IMG/VR virus record: IMGVR_UViG_3300045988_118832
Strand: one strand, 5' to 3'
From: a virus
Lineage: Duplodnaviria > Heunggongvirae > Uroviricota > Caudoviricetes
DNA length: 34,983 nucleotides
Shown: positions 34,649-34,983 of the stretch, piece after piece
How the letters are laid out: each line of letters begins with the position of its first letter
How positions within the stretch are numbered: the first letter of the stretch is position 1
Program-made: the position numbers and the translations under genes
The notes under the pieces: model-generated
Seen by the model: only the letters and a program-made list of their open reading frames with translations
What the model was told of the DNA's origin: nothing
The model's database searches: none

Positions 34649-34983
34649 TTATGTCCTTGCCTGATTAAACAATTCCGCTGTGAAAGTCAGTTCACCCTTT
34701 GTGAAAGGCGTTTCTCCGCCTGGCTGGGCCATAAAACTCTGTGAGACAGTCGTCCAGCTGTTTGTGTCGCTTTGTACGCCATTCTCTGTAATCGTTGCAC
34801 CTGCATGGCTGCCATTTTTCACTTTCCAGGCCAGGCGGTTATTGGGGGCATCAGCACCGCGGTAAGTGACCGAGGCCATAACAGCCACAACATCACTGTT
34901 GCTGTTATCCACCGCACCAAACGTGGCCTGTGCTGCATTCAGGGAGGGCGAGAGCATCAGATATCCGGCCTCGCTGGCAGAGG
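34649..34983 (-). CDS. C-terminal part of a tail/fibre-associated protein; 5' end beyond window
   Basis: Frame stays open upstream of the track's Met to the window end (...SASEAGYLMLSPSLNAAQ...); stop at 34649, 30 nt before the fibre gene start. Confidence 0.4.
   Translation of the reverse strand, partial: SASEAGYLMLSPSLNAAQATFGAVDNSNSDVVAVMASVTYRGADAPNNRLAWKVKNGSHAGATITENGVQSDTNSWTTVSQSFMAQPGGETPFTKGELTFTAELFNQART

Noticed and set aside
1-34983. Window ends as a circular junction (fibre at the start continuing into the ORF at the end)
   Set aside because: Joining position 1 to 34983 puts the two ORFs in different frames with an immediate stop, and the element has transposon-type genes; more likely two separate fibre loci.
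1-34983. CRISPR arrays, tRNA/rRNA genes, integrase, IS elements
   Set aside because: No regularly spaced direct repeats, no cloverleaf-like RNA genes near the ends, no tyrosine/serine recombinase-like ORF; the only mobility genes are the MuA/MuB-like pair.

Overview
Nearly the whole window (about 1-33600) is one Mu-like transposable prophage on the minus strand; the last ~1.4 kb is a separate tail-fibre locus. Reading the minus strand from high to low coordinates: a divergent immunity region (HTH repressor on +, Ner-like on -), MuA-like transposase, MuB-like ATPase, a ~5 kb early accessory region of small genes, a GemA-like gene, terminator, one Mor/C-family activator, terminator, lysis cassette, terminase/portal/head genes, then tail, baseplate and a tail-fibre gene that runs off the window start. 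No tRNA, rRNA, CRISPR array or tyrosine integrase was seen. All product calls come from reading the translations and recalling families; no database search or computation was run. I did not find one clear-cut novel system. The best candidates are: (1) a low-GC cargo island at 26.8-27.9 kb whose genes are each preceded by the same hairpin-plus-RBS unit; (2) a dyad element GGGTGTTCAGCACCC at the head of three late-gene blocks; (3) a signal-peptide protein gene beside a perfect 10-bp inverted repeat in the early region; (4) a methyltransferase gene wedged between the two terminase genes; (5) a prophage end that appears to sit inside or against a second tail-fibre gene sharing a module with the phage's own fibre.
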